Origin: Candidatus Puniceispirillum sp.
GTDB taxonomy: Bacteria; Pseudomonadota; Alphaproteobacteria; Puniceispirillales; Puniceispirillaceae
Direction: 5' to 3'
Length of the DNA stretch: 64,000 bases
Assembly (NCBI GenBank): GCA_028383305.1
Contig: JAOEVD010000003.1
Span: 5,442 to 69,441 of the forward strand
Under the pieces are notes generated by a model. It was not told where the DNA came from. It did no database searches and saw only the letters and a program-made list of their open reading frames with translations. A program made the translations under genes and the position numbers. Numbering within the stretch: the first letter of the stretch is position 1; every line of letters starts with the position of its first letter. Shown in pieces: positions 11,258 to 21,792 of the stretch.

Positions 11258-12172
11258 ATGAGAATTGTATTACACGGACAGCAGGCTTTTGGTCAGGCTG
11301 TTTTAGAAAGACTTTTAGAACGCGGCGAAGATGTTGTTGCGGTTTGTTGTGCGCCGACAAAAGAGGGGAAACCTGAAGACCCATTGGTCGAGCTGGCGCG
11401 TGAAAAGGGTTTGCCCGTGCATCAGCCTGCATCATGGAAAACCCCTGAAGCATTGACGTTGATGCAATCATTTAATGCTGATGTTTGTATGATGGCATAT
11501 GTGTTGTTGTTTGTGCCGCAGGAAGTGCGCGATGCGCCAAAATATGGAACTTTTCAGTATCATCCTTCGCTTTGTCCAGAACATCGCGGACCGTCTTCGA
11601 TCAACTGGCCGATTGCAATGGGAAAAACCCGCACTGGCTTGTCTATTTTCTGGCCTGATGATGGTCTTGACGAAGGCCCTATGATGTTGCAGAAAACCTG
11701 TGAAATCGGCCCTGATGAAACGCTTGGTGATGTTTATTTCAAAAAGCTGTTCCCAATGGGCGTTGATGCGATGATTGAGGGGCTTGAACTGGTCAAGGCT
11801 GGCGTCATCATCAAGCATGACCAGCGTTTGGAAGATGGTTCATATGAAAGCTGGTTTGGTAAAGCGGCTGCTGAGATTGATTGGTCAAAGCCGGTTGCCG
11901 ATGTTTACAATATTATCCGTGCCGCCAACCCTGCGCCCGGGGCGTGGACAACAATTGCTGGCAGTGAATTGAAAATTTATGACAGTGCGCGCGTTGGCGG
12001 TACGGGAACGGCTGGTGAAGTCGTTTCGGTTGACGAAGGTGGCGTGACGGTACAGGCCGAAGGTGGACGGATTTTAATCAAGCGTGTACGGCCTGCCAAT
12101 GGTGGAAAAATAGCGGCAAGCGAATGGGCTGCTGCTGCTGGAATTAACTCTGGAACAAAGTTAGGATCATAG
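11258..12172 (+). CDS. Formyltransferase resembling the N-terminal domain of 10-formyl-THF dehydrogenase (ALDH1L1)
   Basis: [47 protein letters not shown]; FMT fold with ALDH1L1-type signatures. Confidence 0.8.
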   Translation: MRIVLHGQQAFGQAVLERLLERGEDVVAVCCAPTKEGKPEDPLVELAREKGLPVHQPASWKTPEALTLMQSFNADVCMMAYVLLFVPQEVRDAPKYGTFQYHPSLCPEHRGPSSINWPIAMGKTRTGLSIFWPDDGLDEGPMMLQKTCEIGPDETLGDVYFKKLFPMGVDAMIEGLELVKAGVIIKHDQRLEDGSYESWFGKAAAEIDWSKPVADVYNIIRAANPAPGAWTTIAGSELKIYDSARVGGTGTAGEVVSVDEGGVTVQAEGGRILIKRVRPANGGKIAASEWAAAAGINSGTKLGS

Positions 12173-12174
12173 CC

Positions 12175-13851
12175 GTGAGCTTCAAAACAGATATCGAAAT
12201 TGCACGCGAAGCCAAGAAATTGCCAATTCAGGAAGTTGGCGCAAAGCTCGGTATTCCAAGTGCTGACCTACTGCCATTTGGACATGATAAGGCAAAAATT
12301 TCTGAGAACTTTATCAAAAGCCTCGCTAAAAAAGAAGATGGTCGCCTGATCTTGGTCACTGCGATTAACCCGACACCTGCTGGCGAGGGCAAAACCACAA
12401 CAACCGTTGGTCTTGGTGATGGCTTGAACAAGATTGGCAAAAAAGCTGCCATCTGTATCCGTGAAGCGTCACTTGGCCCATGTTTTGGAATGAAGGGCGG
12501 TGCCGCCGGTGGTGGCTATGCCCAAGTTGTACCAATGGAAGATATGAACCTGCATTTCACAGGTGATTTCCATGCCATCACATCAGCGCATAACCTGCTT
12601 GCCGCAATGCTTGATAACCATATCTATTGGGGCAATGAGCTGGATATTGATATTCGCCGTGTTGCTTTCCGCCGGGTTCTTGACATGAATGATCGCGCGC
12701 TTCGCGAAATCGTTTGTAATCTTGGCGGTGTGGCCAATGGTTTCCCCCGCGAAGCCGGATTTGACATTACCGTTGCCTCTGAAGTGATGGCGATTTTGTG
12801 TCTTGCAACCGATCTTGCCGATCTTGAGCGTCGCCTTGGTGATATCATTGTTGCCTATCGCCGTGATCGGTCACCTGTCTTCTGCCGTGATATTAAGGCC
12901 GATGGCGCTATGACTGTGCTGCTGCAGCAGGCCATGCAGCCAAATCTTGTGCAAACGCTCGAGAACAACCCGGCCTTTGTGCATGGTGGTCCATTTGCGA
13001 ATATTGCGCATGGCTGTAACTCTGTTGTGGCAACAACAACAGCACTAAAGGTGGCCGATTATGTTGTGACCGAAGCTGGATTTGGGGCTGATCTTGGTGC
13101 TGAAAAGTTTCTCAATATCAAATGCCGCAAAGCAGGGCTTCGCCCCGATGCGGTCGTTATTGTTGCAACGGTTCGTGCGATGAAGATGAATGGCGGCGTT
13201 GCCAAGGCCGATCTTAGTCAAGAAAATGTTGACGCTGTGAAAAAAGGTTGTCCAAACCTTGGCCGTCATATTGAGAATATCAAGCAATTTGGTGTTCCGG
13301 CAGTCGTTGCCATCAACCATTTTGTGACTGACACTGATGCTGAAGTTGAAGCGTTGAAAGAATTTGTTGCCTCACAAGGTAGCGAGGCCATTTTGTCAAC
13401 ACATTGGGCAAATGGCAGTGAAGGCACAGCCGAACTTGCCAATAAAGTTGTCGCGTTAATTGATGGCAGCCCGTCGCAATATGCACCGCTTTATCCGTCT
13501 GAAATGCCATTGTTCGAAAAGATCGAAACAATTGCCAAACGTATTTATCGTGCCGATGAAGTGATTGCCGATGCCAAGATTCGCGACCAGCTGAAACAGT
13601 GGGAAGCACAAGGCTATGGTGATTTGCCAGTTTGTATGGCCAAGACCCAATACAGCTTTACTACCGACCCAAACCGTCGTGGTGCACCAACCGGTCATAG
13701 CCTGCCAATTCGTGAAGTTCGATTGTCGGCTGGAGCTGGTTTTGTTGTGGTTATTTGTGGCGATGTTATGACCATGCCGGGACTGCCTCGGGTGCCATCA
13801 GCAGAAACAATCAGAATAAATGAAAATGGTTTGATTGATGGGCTATTTTAG
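12175..13851 (+). CDS. fhs: Formate--tetrahydrofolate ligase
   Basis: [44 protein letters not shown]; GTG start 2 nt after previous stop. Confidence 0.97.
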   Translation: MSFKTDIEIAREAKKLPIQEVGAKLGIPSADLLPFGHDKAKISENFIKSLAKKEDGRLILVTAINPTPAGEGKTTTTVGLGDGLNKIGKKAAICIREASLGPCFGMKGGAAGGGYAQVVPMEDMNLHFTGDFHAITSAHNLLAAMLDNHIYWGNELDIDIRRVAFRRVLDMNDRALREIVCNLGGVANGFPREAGFDITVASEVMAILCLATDLADLERRLGDIIVAYRRDRSPVFCRDIKADGAMTVLLQQAMQPNLVQTLENNPAFVHGGPFANIAHGCNSVVATTTALKVADYVVTEAGFGADLGAEKFLNIKCRKAGLRPDAVVIVATVRAMKMNGGVAKADLSQENVDAVKKGCPNLGRHIENIKQFGVPAVVAINHFVTDTDAEVEALKEFVASQGSEAILSTHWANGSEGTAELANKVVALIDGSPSQYAPLYPSEMPLFEKIETIAKRIYRADEVIADAKIRDQLKQWEAQGYGDLPVCMAKTQYSFTTDPNRRGAPTGHSLPIREVRLSAGAGFVVVICGDVMTMPGLPRVPSAETIRINENGLIDGLF

Positions 13852-13920
13852 GCTTGATCTTACTGATAAGGCTCATAAGCTTTCGGTTGAGTAATTTAAC
13901 ATTCTTTGGGTAGAAAATTC

Positions 13921-14778
13921 ATGATACGCAAAATTCTGGTGCCAGTTCGCGGCGATGGTAAGGGTGATAATGTCCTTGCCCATGCAGCTGCGCTGGCGCG
14001 CGGATTCAATGCGCATATTGAGATCACTCATTGTCGTGCAAAGCCGGAAAATTTGCTTCCCTTTGGGGTGCCGATTCCAGCTGCGCTTCGCGCCCAGCTT
14101 GTTGAAAGTACCAGTCAGGTTTTTGATATTGAAGAGGCTGGACTTCGTGACGAAGTGTTGGCGTTAAGCAAAACCCTCAATATCCACATGTCTGAAAAGC
14201 CCGATGGCAAGTCAGTTACGGCAAATTTTGTTGAAGAGGCGGGACGTCAGATTGATGTGATTGGACATCATGGCAGGCTTGCCGACATCATCGCCGTGGC
14301 CAAGCCAGATATCGACCGCAATTTGGGGGCAAACACCCTCAAGGCGGCCCTGTTCAATACCGGCAGACCCGTTTTAATGTGTCCTGAACCGATTGGCACA
14401 ATCCCTGATATTTTGGGATCCAATGTTACCATCGCATGGGATGGGTCACGCGAAGCATCGCGCGCCGTCATTACGTGCTTGCCGATACTCACTGCGGCAA
14501 AAACGGTGACAATCCTCACCGTCAAGTCAAAAGAGGTCAATGTAAAGCCAGCCGAGCTGCAGGAATATTTGTCAGCACATAGCATTGCATCTAATATTTT
14601 TGAAATCGAAACCAAGTCACGAACAGCGCAGGCGCTTTTGGATAAATCCAAAGAAATTGGTGCAGATCTAATGGTACTTGGTGCCTATAGTAAACACCAC
14701 GATTTAGAGAGGCTTTGGGGTGGCACTACCCAATTTATCGTAGATCATGCAATGATCCCGGTAATCATGACGAATTAG
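13921..14778 (+). CDS. Universal stress protein (tandem USP)
   Basis: IRKILVP, IAWDGSREASRA, ADLMVLGAY..LWGGTT. Confidence 0.88.
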   Translation: MIRKILVPVRGDGKGDNVLAHAAALARGFNAHIEITHCRAKPENLLPFGVPIPAALRAQLVESTSQVFDIEEAGLRDEVLALSKTLNIHMSEKPDGKSVTANFVEEAGRQIDVIGHHGRLADIIAVAKPDIDRNLGANTLKAALFNTGRPVLMCPEPIGTIPDILGSNVTIAWDGSREASRAVITCLPILTAAKTVTILTVKSKEVNVKPAELQEYLSAHSIASNIFEIETKSRTAQALLDKSKEIGADLMVLGAYSKHHDLERLWGGTTQFIVDHAMIPVIMTN

Positions 14779-14885
14779 GTGTCGGCCTGGCAATATCAGG
14801 CAAATACTTTTAAAAGCCATCGGATTAGAAGAATGGCACGGATATGGAGAATTTTTCCATGCACAATAAACCAGAGGAGAAGACT

Positions 14886-15887
14886 ATGAAGTCCATTAAA
14901 AAATTAGTTTTTGGTGCAGTTAGTATGGTTCTGGCGGCAACGTCAGTGTCAGGTATTGCGGTTGCCGGCGGACATGGCTGGGAACCTACCAAGCCAATTG
15001 ATTTCATTATCATGGCAGGTAAAGGCGGCGGCGCCGACAAAATGGCCCGTTTGATGCAGGCCATTGTCGAAAAAGAAAATCTATCTAATCGGCCGTTGGT
15101 TCCAACAAATAAATCTGGTGGTTCAGGTGCTGAGGCTTTGATTGCAGCGTCTAAGGCAAGTGACCCAGATCACACAATCATGGTGACGTTGAACTCGTTT
15201 TATACGACCCCACTTCGTCAACCTGGTCTGAAAATTGATAGCTTGAGCTTTGCCCCAGTAGCACGGATGGCTGAAGATACATTTTTGCTTTGGGTTCACA
15301 AAGATAGTGGCCTGAAAACATTTGCCGAATTCCTAGCCAAGGCAAAAGCTGATGGCAATAAGTGGGTTATGGGGGGAACTGGCAAAAACTCTGAAGACAA
15401 CATCATCACAGACTTCTTGAACGAAAACTATGGTTTGTCTATGAAATACATCCCATATAAGGGTGGTGGAGCCGTCGCAAAACAGGTTGCTGGTAAGCAG
15501 TTGAATTCATCTGTAAACAACCCATCAGAAGCTCTTGGTTTCTACGAGTCCGGCGATATGGTTCCATTGGTTGCTTTCACTAAGTCGCGTCTACCGATGT
15601 TCCCAAATGTGCCAACACTGAGTGAAGTGTTTGCTGGTGGCAAGCAGATTAGCTGGTCGTATTTCATGCAGCGGTCTGTTGTTGGTGCACCTGGAATGTC
15701 TGAAAAAGCTCAAGCTTACTATACCGATCTTTTTGCTAAAGTTTATGCTTCAAAAGATTGGCAGACATACAAGTCGAAGAAGTCACTCATGGGTGATCTC
15801 ATGTCTGGTGATGAGCTGAAGGCTTATTGGGCAGATCAAATTGCCAACCACACAAAAATCTTGAAGGCATCTGGCGCCATTAAATAG
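14886..15887 (+). CDS. tctC: Tripartite tricarboxylate transporter substrate-binding protein (TctC/Bug)
   Basis: Signal peptide; WEPTKPI..GGGAD, NKSGGSG, IPYKGGG; GAGGAG RBS. Confidence 0.9.
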   Translation: MKSIKKLVFGAVSMVLAATSVSGIAVAGGHGWEPTKPIDFIIMAGKGGGADKMARLMQAIVEKENLSNRPLVPTNKSGGSGAEALIAASKASDPDHTIMVTLNSFYTTPLRQPGLKIDSLSFAPVARMAEDTFLLWVHKDSGLKTFAEFLAKAKADGNKWVMGGTGKNSEDNIITDFLNENYGLSMKYIPYKGGGAVAKQVAGKQLNSSVNNPSEALGFYESGDMVPLVAFTKSRLPMFPNVPTLSEVFAGGKQISWSYFMQRSVVGAPGMSEKAQAYYTDLFAKVYASKDWQTYKSKKSLMGDLMSGDELKAYWADQIANHTKILKASGAIK

Positions 15888-15924
15888 CGCCAAAAAACAA
15901 AGTATTGAGAGGGGTTTTTAGGGT

Positions 15925-16455
15925 ATGCGTAGAGCTGAAATTATAACGGCATTTATCTTGGGAATCCTCTCAATATACCTAATGTGGAAATCAGGCGAGG
16001 CTCCAGATTGGAACCCTGATGTTGCTCGATTTGACAATATAGGCTTGATAGATGGTGAAGGCCCAGGGAGTGGGTTCTGGCCATTCTGGTTGTCCGCTAT
16101 CATGCTGATCTGTTCGATTTGGATTGGTGTTAACTGGTACCGTAGAGCGTCACCACCATCACAATCAGAAGAAGAGTTTCTGGATGGTTATGGTCGACGC
16201 ATGTTGTTCGTTGTAGGCGGTGGCCTTTTTGGGTTTTTGATTTTGATTGAGGTCGTGGGCTTCTATGTTGCGATCTTGGCATTCATGATTTACTACGTCC
16301 GCTTTTTGGGACGTCACAGTTGGTGGGCGACATTATCTATTTCGATTGGCTTGGTCGTTGCGAGCTTTTTCTTTTTTGATATTGCGATGCGCATTGTTCT
16401 TCCAAAGGGATTGTCAGAGCCTCTGTTCATTCCTTTATATGATATCTTTTTATAG
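15925..16455 (+). CDS. tctB: TTT small membrane subunit TctB
   Basis: Several TM helices, GPGSGFWP, C-terminal LPKG. Confidence 0.85.
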   Translation: MRRAEIITAFILGILSIYLMWKSGEAPDWNPDVARFDNIGLIDGEGPGSGFWPFWLSAIMLICSIWIGVNWYRRASPPSQSEEEFLDGYGRRMLFVVGGGLFGFLILIEVVGFYVAILAFMIYYVRFLGRHSWWATLSISIGLVVASFFFFDIAMRIVLPKGLSEPLFIPLYDIFL

Positions 16456-16484
16456 TCACTGCGCGGATAACTGAGGAATAAAGA

Positions 16485-18005
16485 ATGGATATTTTAGCGT
16501 CGCTCTTCAATGGCATTTTGGTCGCTCTTGAGCCAATCAACCTTGGTCTTGCAATTGTTGGCGTGATCGTTGGCCTTTTTGTTGGTGCAATGCCTGGTTT
16601 GGGGTCAGTGAATGGTGTTGCCATTTTGCTGCCGTTCACTTTTGTAATTCAAGGGTTCACCGGTGGTGCAACCTCCCCAATGATTTTCCTTGCCGCGATT
16701 TATTACGGAGCTATGTATGGCGGTGCGATATCATCCATCACGCTTGGAATTCCGGGGGCATCGACCGCGGTTGCGACGACCTTTGATGGTCGCCCACTGG
16801 CATTGGCTGGCAAGGCGCATTTGGCACTTGTTGCTGCTGCTTTGGCATCATTTGCCGGCGGCACGGTTTCAAACGTTATGTTTACAGCTTTTGCACCGTT
16901 ATTGGCGACTGTTGCTCTTTCATTTGGTGATCCTGAAGTCTTTGCATTAATGTTACTTGCCTTTGCGACCTTTGTTGGTCTCGGCGGTGATGATATTCCC
17001 AAGACAATCTTCTCGATTTGTATCGGCCTAGTACTGGCGACAGTTGGTTTTGACGTCGTCTCAGGCGAGCCGCGTCTGATATTTTTTGACATTACTGGTT
17101 TTTCACACGGTATTCGCTTCCTCGTTCTGGCCATCGGTGTTTACGGTATTGGTGAGATGCTTTGGACAATCAATACGTCCCGTTATGGATCATCAATGTC
17201 GAATGTAGATGTGAGCGCACGGGCAATCATTGACGCCATCAAGGATTTTCGTCATGCATGGCGTGGTACGGTTATTGGTTCACTTCTTGGGTTTTTTGTT
17301 GGCATTCTTCCAGCCGCAGGGGCAACGCCGGGCTCATTAATGGCCTATGGTGTTGCGAAACTTACATCGCGTAACCCAGGTGAATATGGCAAAGGTTCGA
17401 TTGACGGTGTTGCAGCGCCTGAAGCTGCAAACAATTCGGCATCAACGGGCGCAATGTTGCCAATGATGACACTTGGAATTCCTGGTTCTCCTACAACGGC
17501 TGTTCTTCTTGCTGGTATGGTAATTTGGGGATTGCAGCCAGGGCCACTTTTGTTTACCAACCAACCTGATTTTGTTTGGCCTTTGATCGGATCATTCTAT
17601 ATCTCAAACGTAATTGCCGTTCTTATCAATCTTGCCTTTATTCCGGTCTTTTTGTGGATGCTGCGGATGCCATTTACCATCTTGGCACCGCTAATCTTTG
17701 TGCTGTCACTTGTTGGCACATTTGCGGCTTATCAGGATATGTTTGACGTATGGTTGATGGTAATTGTTGGAATTGCTGCTTTCTTTCTGCGCTTGCTGGA
17801 TTATCCAGTGGCACCTGCGGTTCTAGCCATCGTGTTGGGCCCCATTGCCGAACCTAAATTGCGTCAGTCACTTCTGTTTTCTGACGGTGATTTTATGATT
17901 TTCCTCAACCGACCGATTGCTGGGCCAATTACGGTCATTGCCCTCATTCTTATTTTCTTGCCATTGATTAAGCTGATCCGCGACAAAATGAGACAATCAG
18001 CATAA
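16485..18005 (+). CDS. tctA: TTT large membrane subunit TctA
   Basis: GAMPGLG, YYGAMYGG, PEAANNS, LGIPGS, GLQPGP. Confidence 0.93.
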   Translation: MDILASLFNGILVALEPINLGLAIVGVIVGLFVGAMPGLGSVNGVAILLPFTFVIQGFTGGATSPMIFLAAIYYGAMYGGAISSITLGIPGASTAVATTFDGRPLALAGKAHLALVAAALASFAGGTVSNVMFTAFAPLLATVALSFGDPEVFALMLLAFATFVGLGGDDIPKTIFSICIGLVLATVGFDVVSGEPRLIFFDITGFSHGIRFLVLAIGVYGIGEMLWTINTSRYGSSMSNVDVSARAIIDAIKDFRHAWRGTVIGSLLGFFVGILPAAGATPGSLMAYGVAKLTSRNPGEYGKGSIDGVAAPEAANNSASTGAMLPMMTLGIPGSPTTAVLLAGMVIWGLQPGPLLFTNQPDFVWPLIGSFYISNVIAVLINLAFIPVFLWMLRMPFTILAPLIFVLSLVGTFAAYQDMFDVWLMVIVGIAAFFLRLLDYPVAPAVLAIVLGPIAEPKLRQSLLFSDGDFMIFLNRPIAGPITVIALILIFLPLIKLIRDKMRQSA

Positions 18006-18008
18006 AAC

Positions 18009-18036
18009 AAAAGGGGGCGCTTCAGTGCCCCTTTTT
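18009..18036 (+). terminator. Rho-independent terminator after tctA
   Basis: AAAAGGGGGCGC-TTCA-GTGCCCCTTTTT. Confidence 0.8.
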
Positions 18037-18064
18037 AATTTTGGCGTTGAATGGATCGCGAAAC

Positions 18065-19840
18065 ATGGCTCCAAAACCATCTTTATCCGATAATGAATAT
18101 CATGCTTGGAACCCGGGCCTTAGTTCCAATTTACCAACGAGGCTGTTGCCACTAATCACCTTGTTTCGGACTGAAAATAGCGATGTTGGCTATCAGCAGG
18201 CCAAAGAAGTGGCCGATTTTTCCGGCCTTGCGGTTGAGCAGCTTTGCGCTTTAAAGGTGGAACGGCTTGTTGCGCATGAGGTGCTCATCCGCGTCACTGC
18301 TGATTTATCGGTTCCTGATGGGCCAAGCTATGAATATCTGGGTTTGCAGCTTCGCGGCATGGTCGATACGATTTATCGCCGTTATATGATTCCCGAAATG
18401 CAGGATATTGCAGCTGGGTTTGATCTTGTGCGGCAACGTGCCAAACATGAACTGACCATACTTGTTGATGAAATCTGTTCTTTTGATGCGCCGCAGAAAA
18501 AACCAAAATCAGGCTTTTTCGGGTTTTTGAAACGGCAGCCGAAACCTATAGACATAAACCCAAAACCGCCGGAACTACAGGCCTTAGATCAATTGCGGCA
18601 GCGGGTTCGCAATGAGGATGATTTTCCTGCCGCCTGCATGATCGCTCTAATTAATGTGGTGAGCGGCATTTTAGGAAAGCAGGGGCGCATTGTCACTGAC
18701 CGGCAATTGATTGTTGAACTGGCGCTTCGGGTGTTTTGCAATGATCACGGCAGTACTGAAATTGGCCATTTGATTGCGCCGATTTTTGAAAAGGCGGCCA
18801 AGGCCGAGGGCTATCGGTTTTTGCCAGCACAAAGCGAACCAATTGTGATGAATACAAAAGGGGCGTCGGCCGCTGGGAAAAGCACGATCCGCCCACAACA
18901 ACGGCGCCTCGCCGAACGCATGGGCGTGCCATGGGAAGATTTTGCCCTTATCAGCCCGGATTATTGGCGTAAATATCTGCTGGATTATGACAGTCTTGGC
19001 GTTGATTATAAATATGCCGCCATGCTGACCGGCCGGGAATTGGAATTTGTTGATAAAAAACTTGATCGCTATATGGCGCAAAAGTCCAAGAAAAAAACCG
19101 TTCCACATCTGCTGATTGACCGGTTTAGGTTCGATAGTTTCAAGATTGACAGTGAGGGCGATTACAAAAGCACGCTATTGAGCCGGTTTGGATCAACGGT
19201 ATTTTTGTTTTTTGCGATCACGCCGCCGCCAGCAACCGTTGAACGTGCATGGCAACGCGGGCTAACAACCGCGCGTTACAAGGCGGTGGATGATCTTCTC
19301 TATCACAATATTGAGGCTTTCACCGGCATTCCCGAATTGTTTTTTTCATGGATGTCGATCACTGATAAAAATATTTATTTCGAATTTTTGGATAATGATG
19401 TTCCGCTTGGCGAATTGCCAAAAACAATTGCCTTTGGCCGCAATGGTTCAATGACGGTCCTTGATCCGGTGGCCTTGTCCAATATTGATCGGTTCAAAGA
19501 GGTCAATGTTGCCGCAACACGACCCGAAGATGTTTTGAATCCCGATTGGATACCAAGCTATCAATTTCTGCGGCAATGTATTGAGGCGTTGCCAAAGCTG
19601 GAATTTGCCGATCAGGACAGTGCAAAAATCTATGGGCGCATCGAAAAGGCCGGATGGGTCTACAAAAATGCTGCGGCCAAGCCTGACGGCGCAAATGAAG
19701 ATGGGTGCTTGGCGGCAATCGGATGGGATGCGCCACCCGCGCCAAATCCCTTGCCAATCGAGGTGATTGATAGCGATGCGGTCAAAACGGTTACGCTCGG
19801 CGCATGGTGCGCGTCGCAGCGATTAGATTCTGGCAAATAA
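18065..19840 (+). CDS. Uncharacterised P-loop NTPase/kinase (zeta-toxin-like core with long N-terminal extension)
   Basis: About 590 aa ORF; Walker A KGASAAGKST followed by ISPDYWR; start at ATG 18065 inferred. Confidence 0.65.
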   Translation: MAPKPSLSDNEYHAWNPGLSSNLPTRLLPLITLFRTENSDVGYQQAKEVADFSGLAVEQLCALKVERLVAHEVLIRVTADLSVPDGPSYEYLGLQLRGMVDTIYRRYMIPEMQDIAAGFDLVRQRAKHELTILVDEICSFDAPQKKPKSGFFGFLKRQPKPIDINPKPPELQALDQLRQRVRNEDDFPAACMIALINVVSGILGKQGRIVTDRQLIVELALRVFCNDHGSTEIGHLIAPIFEKAAKAEGYRFLPAQSEPIVMNTKGASAAGKSTIRPQQRRLAERMGVPWEDFALISPDYWRKYLLDYDSLGVDYKYAAMLTGRELEFVDKKLDRYMAQKSKKKTVPHLLIDRFRFDSFKIDSEGDYKSTLLSRFGSTVFLFFAITPPPATVERAWQRGLTTARYKAVDDLLYHNIEAFTGIPELFFSWMSITDKNIYFEFLDNDVPLGELPKTIAFGRNGSMTVLDPVALSNIDRFKEVNVAATRPEDVLNPDWIPSYQFLRQCIEALPKLEFADQDSAKIYGRIEKAGWVYKNAAAKPDGANEDGCLAAIGWDAPPAPNPLPIEVIDSDAVKTVTLGAWCASQRLDSGK

Positions 19841-20010
19841 ATCTTTTTATTGTGGCTATTTAAGTTTTGATCTGACGTCTATTTTATTGACGAGGTGTCC
19901 TTTATCAGCAATCAATTTTAAAACTCTGAATTCGCTTTTAATTTCCGCAAATAAAATTTTAATAATCCTGCGGAAAAATTAGGCAGTGTCTTGTATTTAG
20001 GGAGGGAATA

Positions 20011-20523
20011 ATGCGTAAAATTTTAAGGAATGCATTGGTCTATTTTGCGTCTGCTTTTATGGCACTTACCATTGCGGCTAGCGCACAGGCGGCCAAGATT
20101 CGTATCGCGCTTGCTGAAACACCATCAGATGAATTGGCAGCCTTTTTCGTTGCACTTGATCATGCCAAGGCAAATGGCCCTGAATATGAATGGACGGCCT
20201 TTTCTGATGAGGAACTGGCCATTCAGGCGATTTTAAGTGGGCAAATGGATATTGGCTTTGGCACACCATATTCGGTGATGCAAAAGTCAAAGGCACCAAT
20301 CCGTATCATCTATCAGCTGTCGAAGTTGAAATTCTTTCCAGTCACATCAAAAAAATATGCAAAACTGGAAGATTTGAACGGCGAGCCAATCATGCTTCAT
20401 TCACGCGGTGGCGGCACTGAATCCATTGCCAATGTGATTGAGGAAAAATTGAATATGAAATTTGGTAAGCGTTCATATGTTCCTGGTTCGGCAAACCGGA
20501 TCGCTGCGCTGATTGCTGGTTAA
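20011..20523 (+). pseudogene. Truncated ABC substrate-binding protein (NMT1/SsuA-like), N-terminal half only
   Basis: Strong RBS and signal peptide, ends abruptly at 170 aa (about half the family size). Confidence 0.7.
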
Positions 20524-21013
20524 ACTGATGCCTTGGGTCAATATGTTCTTGAGCGCGCCATTAACTGCTTTGGTGCCTGTTCTGATGGTGCTCTTTGGGT
20601 TTGGGCTAAAAGCTATTATTATCACGACGGCGTTATTTGCGATCTGGATCATTGTGTTGAATGCCCGTGCTGGCGTTCTGCAAATTAACCGGTCCCTCGT
20701 TGAAATGGCACATTCCTTTGGCGCATCACCCACAGACGCTTTTTTCAAAATCTATTTTTGGGCAGCTTTGCCAGAAATTCTTGGCGGTGTCCGGATTGGC
20801 TTTATTCGTGCGGTCAAGGGTGTCATTATTGGGCAATTGTTGATATCTATTGTCGGATTTGGCGCTCTGTTTGAACTCTATTCTGCAAATTTCTTGATGA
20901 AGCATTTCTGGGCAGTGCTGTTGGTGCTGTTTTCGCTGGCTTTCTTGATTGCAGAATTCTTGGCCTATCTTGAGCGGCGCGTGGCCTATTATGCGGCACG
21001 CCGGTCTGTTTAA
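20513..21013 (+). pseudogene. ABC permease (SsuC/TauC-like), C-terminal fragment lacking N-terminus
   Basis: EAA loop LVEMAHSFGAS, AALPEILGGVRIG; begins mid-protein with no RBS. Confidence 0.7.
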
Positions 21014-21052
21014 TCGATTTGCTTTGTTATTGGTAAAAAGGAAAATTCCAAG

Positions 21053-21739
21053 ATGACGAATTATGTAATTGAGCCGGCACAGCAAGTAAGCTTGCCAGTT
21101 CGTGGCAGTGATGCTGTTTTTCCGGTGCGCCGGATCTATTGTATCGGTCGTAATTATGCCGATCACGCCATTGAAATGGGTCATGATCCGGATAAAGAGC
21201 CACCATTCTTTTTCCAGAAAAATGCGGAAAATGTTGATACCAGCGGTGAGTTTCCGTACCCGCCGCAAACCAGTGATGTGCATTTCGAAATGGAAATGAT
21301 TGTCGCGTTGAAAAGTGGCGGTGTTGATATTCGTGAAGAAGATGCACTTGATCATGTGTTTGGCTATGGTCTTGGGCTGGATATGACGCGCCGCGATCTG
21401 CAGGGCGAGGCTAAAAAGATGGGTCGTCCCTGGGAAATTGGCAAGGCGTTTGAAAGATCAGCACCGATGAGCGAGCTGGTGCCAGCCATTGACACCGGTC
21501 ATCTTGATCAGGGGCGGATTGCGCTTCAGGTCAATGGTGCCGAACGTCAAATTGGTGATTTGAACCAGATGATTTGGAAAGTGCCGGAAATGATTGCGTA
21601 TCTATCGCGCTTTTATGACATTGCTGCTGGTGATCTGATCATGTCTGGAACGCCAGCCGGTGTAGGGCCGATCGAACGCGGTGACGTGATGATCGGCGAG
21701 GTCGAAGGCATCGGATCATTTACCGTTACCGTTGTCTGA
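21053..21739 (+). CDS. Fumarylacetoacetate hydrolase family protein (acylpyruvase/FAHD-like)
   Basis: CIGRNYADH, HFEME, DMTRRD, GKAF, GDLIMSGTPAGVG. Confidence 0.9.
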   Translation: MTNYVIEPAQQVSLPVRGSDAVFPVRRIYCIGRNYADHAIEMGHDPDKEPPFFFQKNAENVDTSGEFPYPPQTSDVHFEMEMIVALKSGGVDIREEDALDHVFGYGLGLDMTRRDLQGEAKKMGRPWEIGKAFERSAPMSELVPAIDTGHLDQGRIALQVNGAERQIGDLNQMIWKVPEMIAYLSRFYDIAAGDLIMSGTPAGVGPIERGDVMIGEVEGIGSFTVTVV

Positions 21740-21792
21740 GAAACCACCATTCGCCAAAACAGCGTAAATTGAAAACAGAACTGGGCGTGGGG

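Noticed and set aside
11258-12172. Housekeeping methionyl-tRNA formyltransferase (fmt)
   Set aside because: Lacks the FMGTPxF start and def/truA context; signatures are ALDH1L1-like
18065-19840. Epsilon-zeta toxin-antitoxin module
   Set aside because: No upstream antitoxin ORF and no mobile context; only the P-loop resemblance holds
20490-20540. Programmed frameshift making an SBP-permease fusion
   Set aside because: No slippery sequence; both halves are incomplete and the ATPase is missing, so deletion is the simpler explanation
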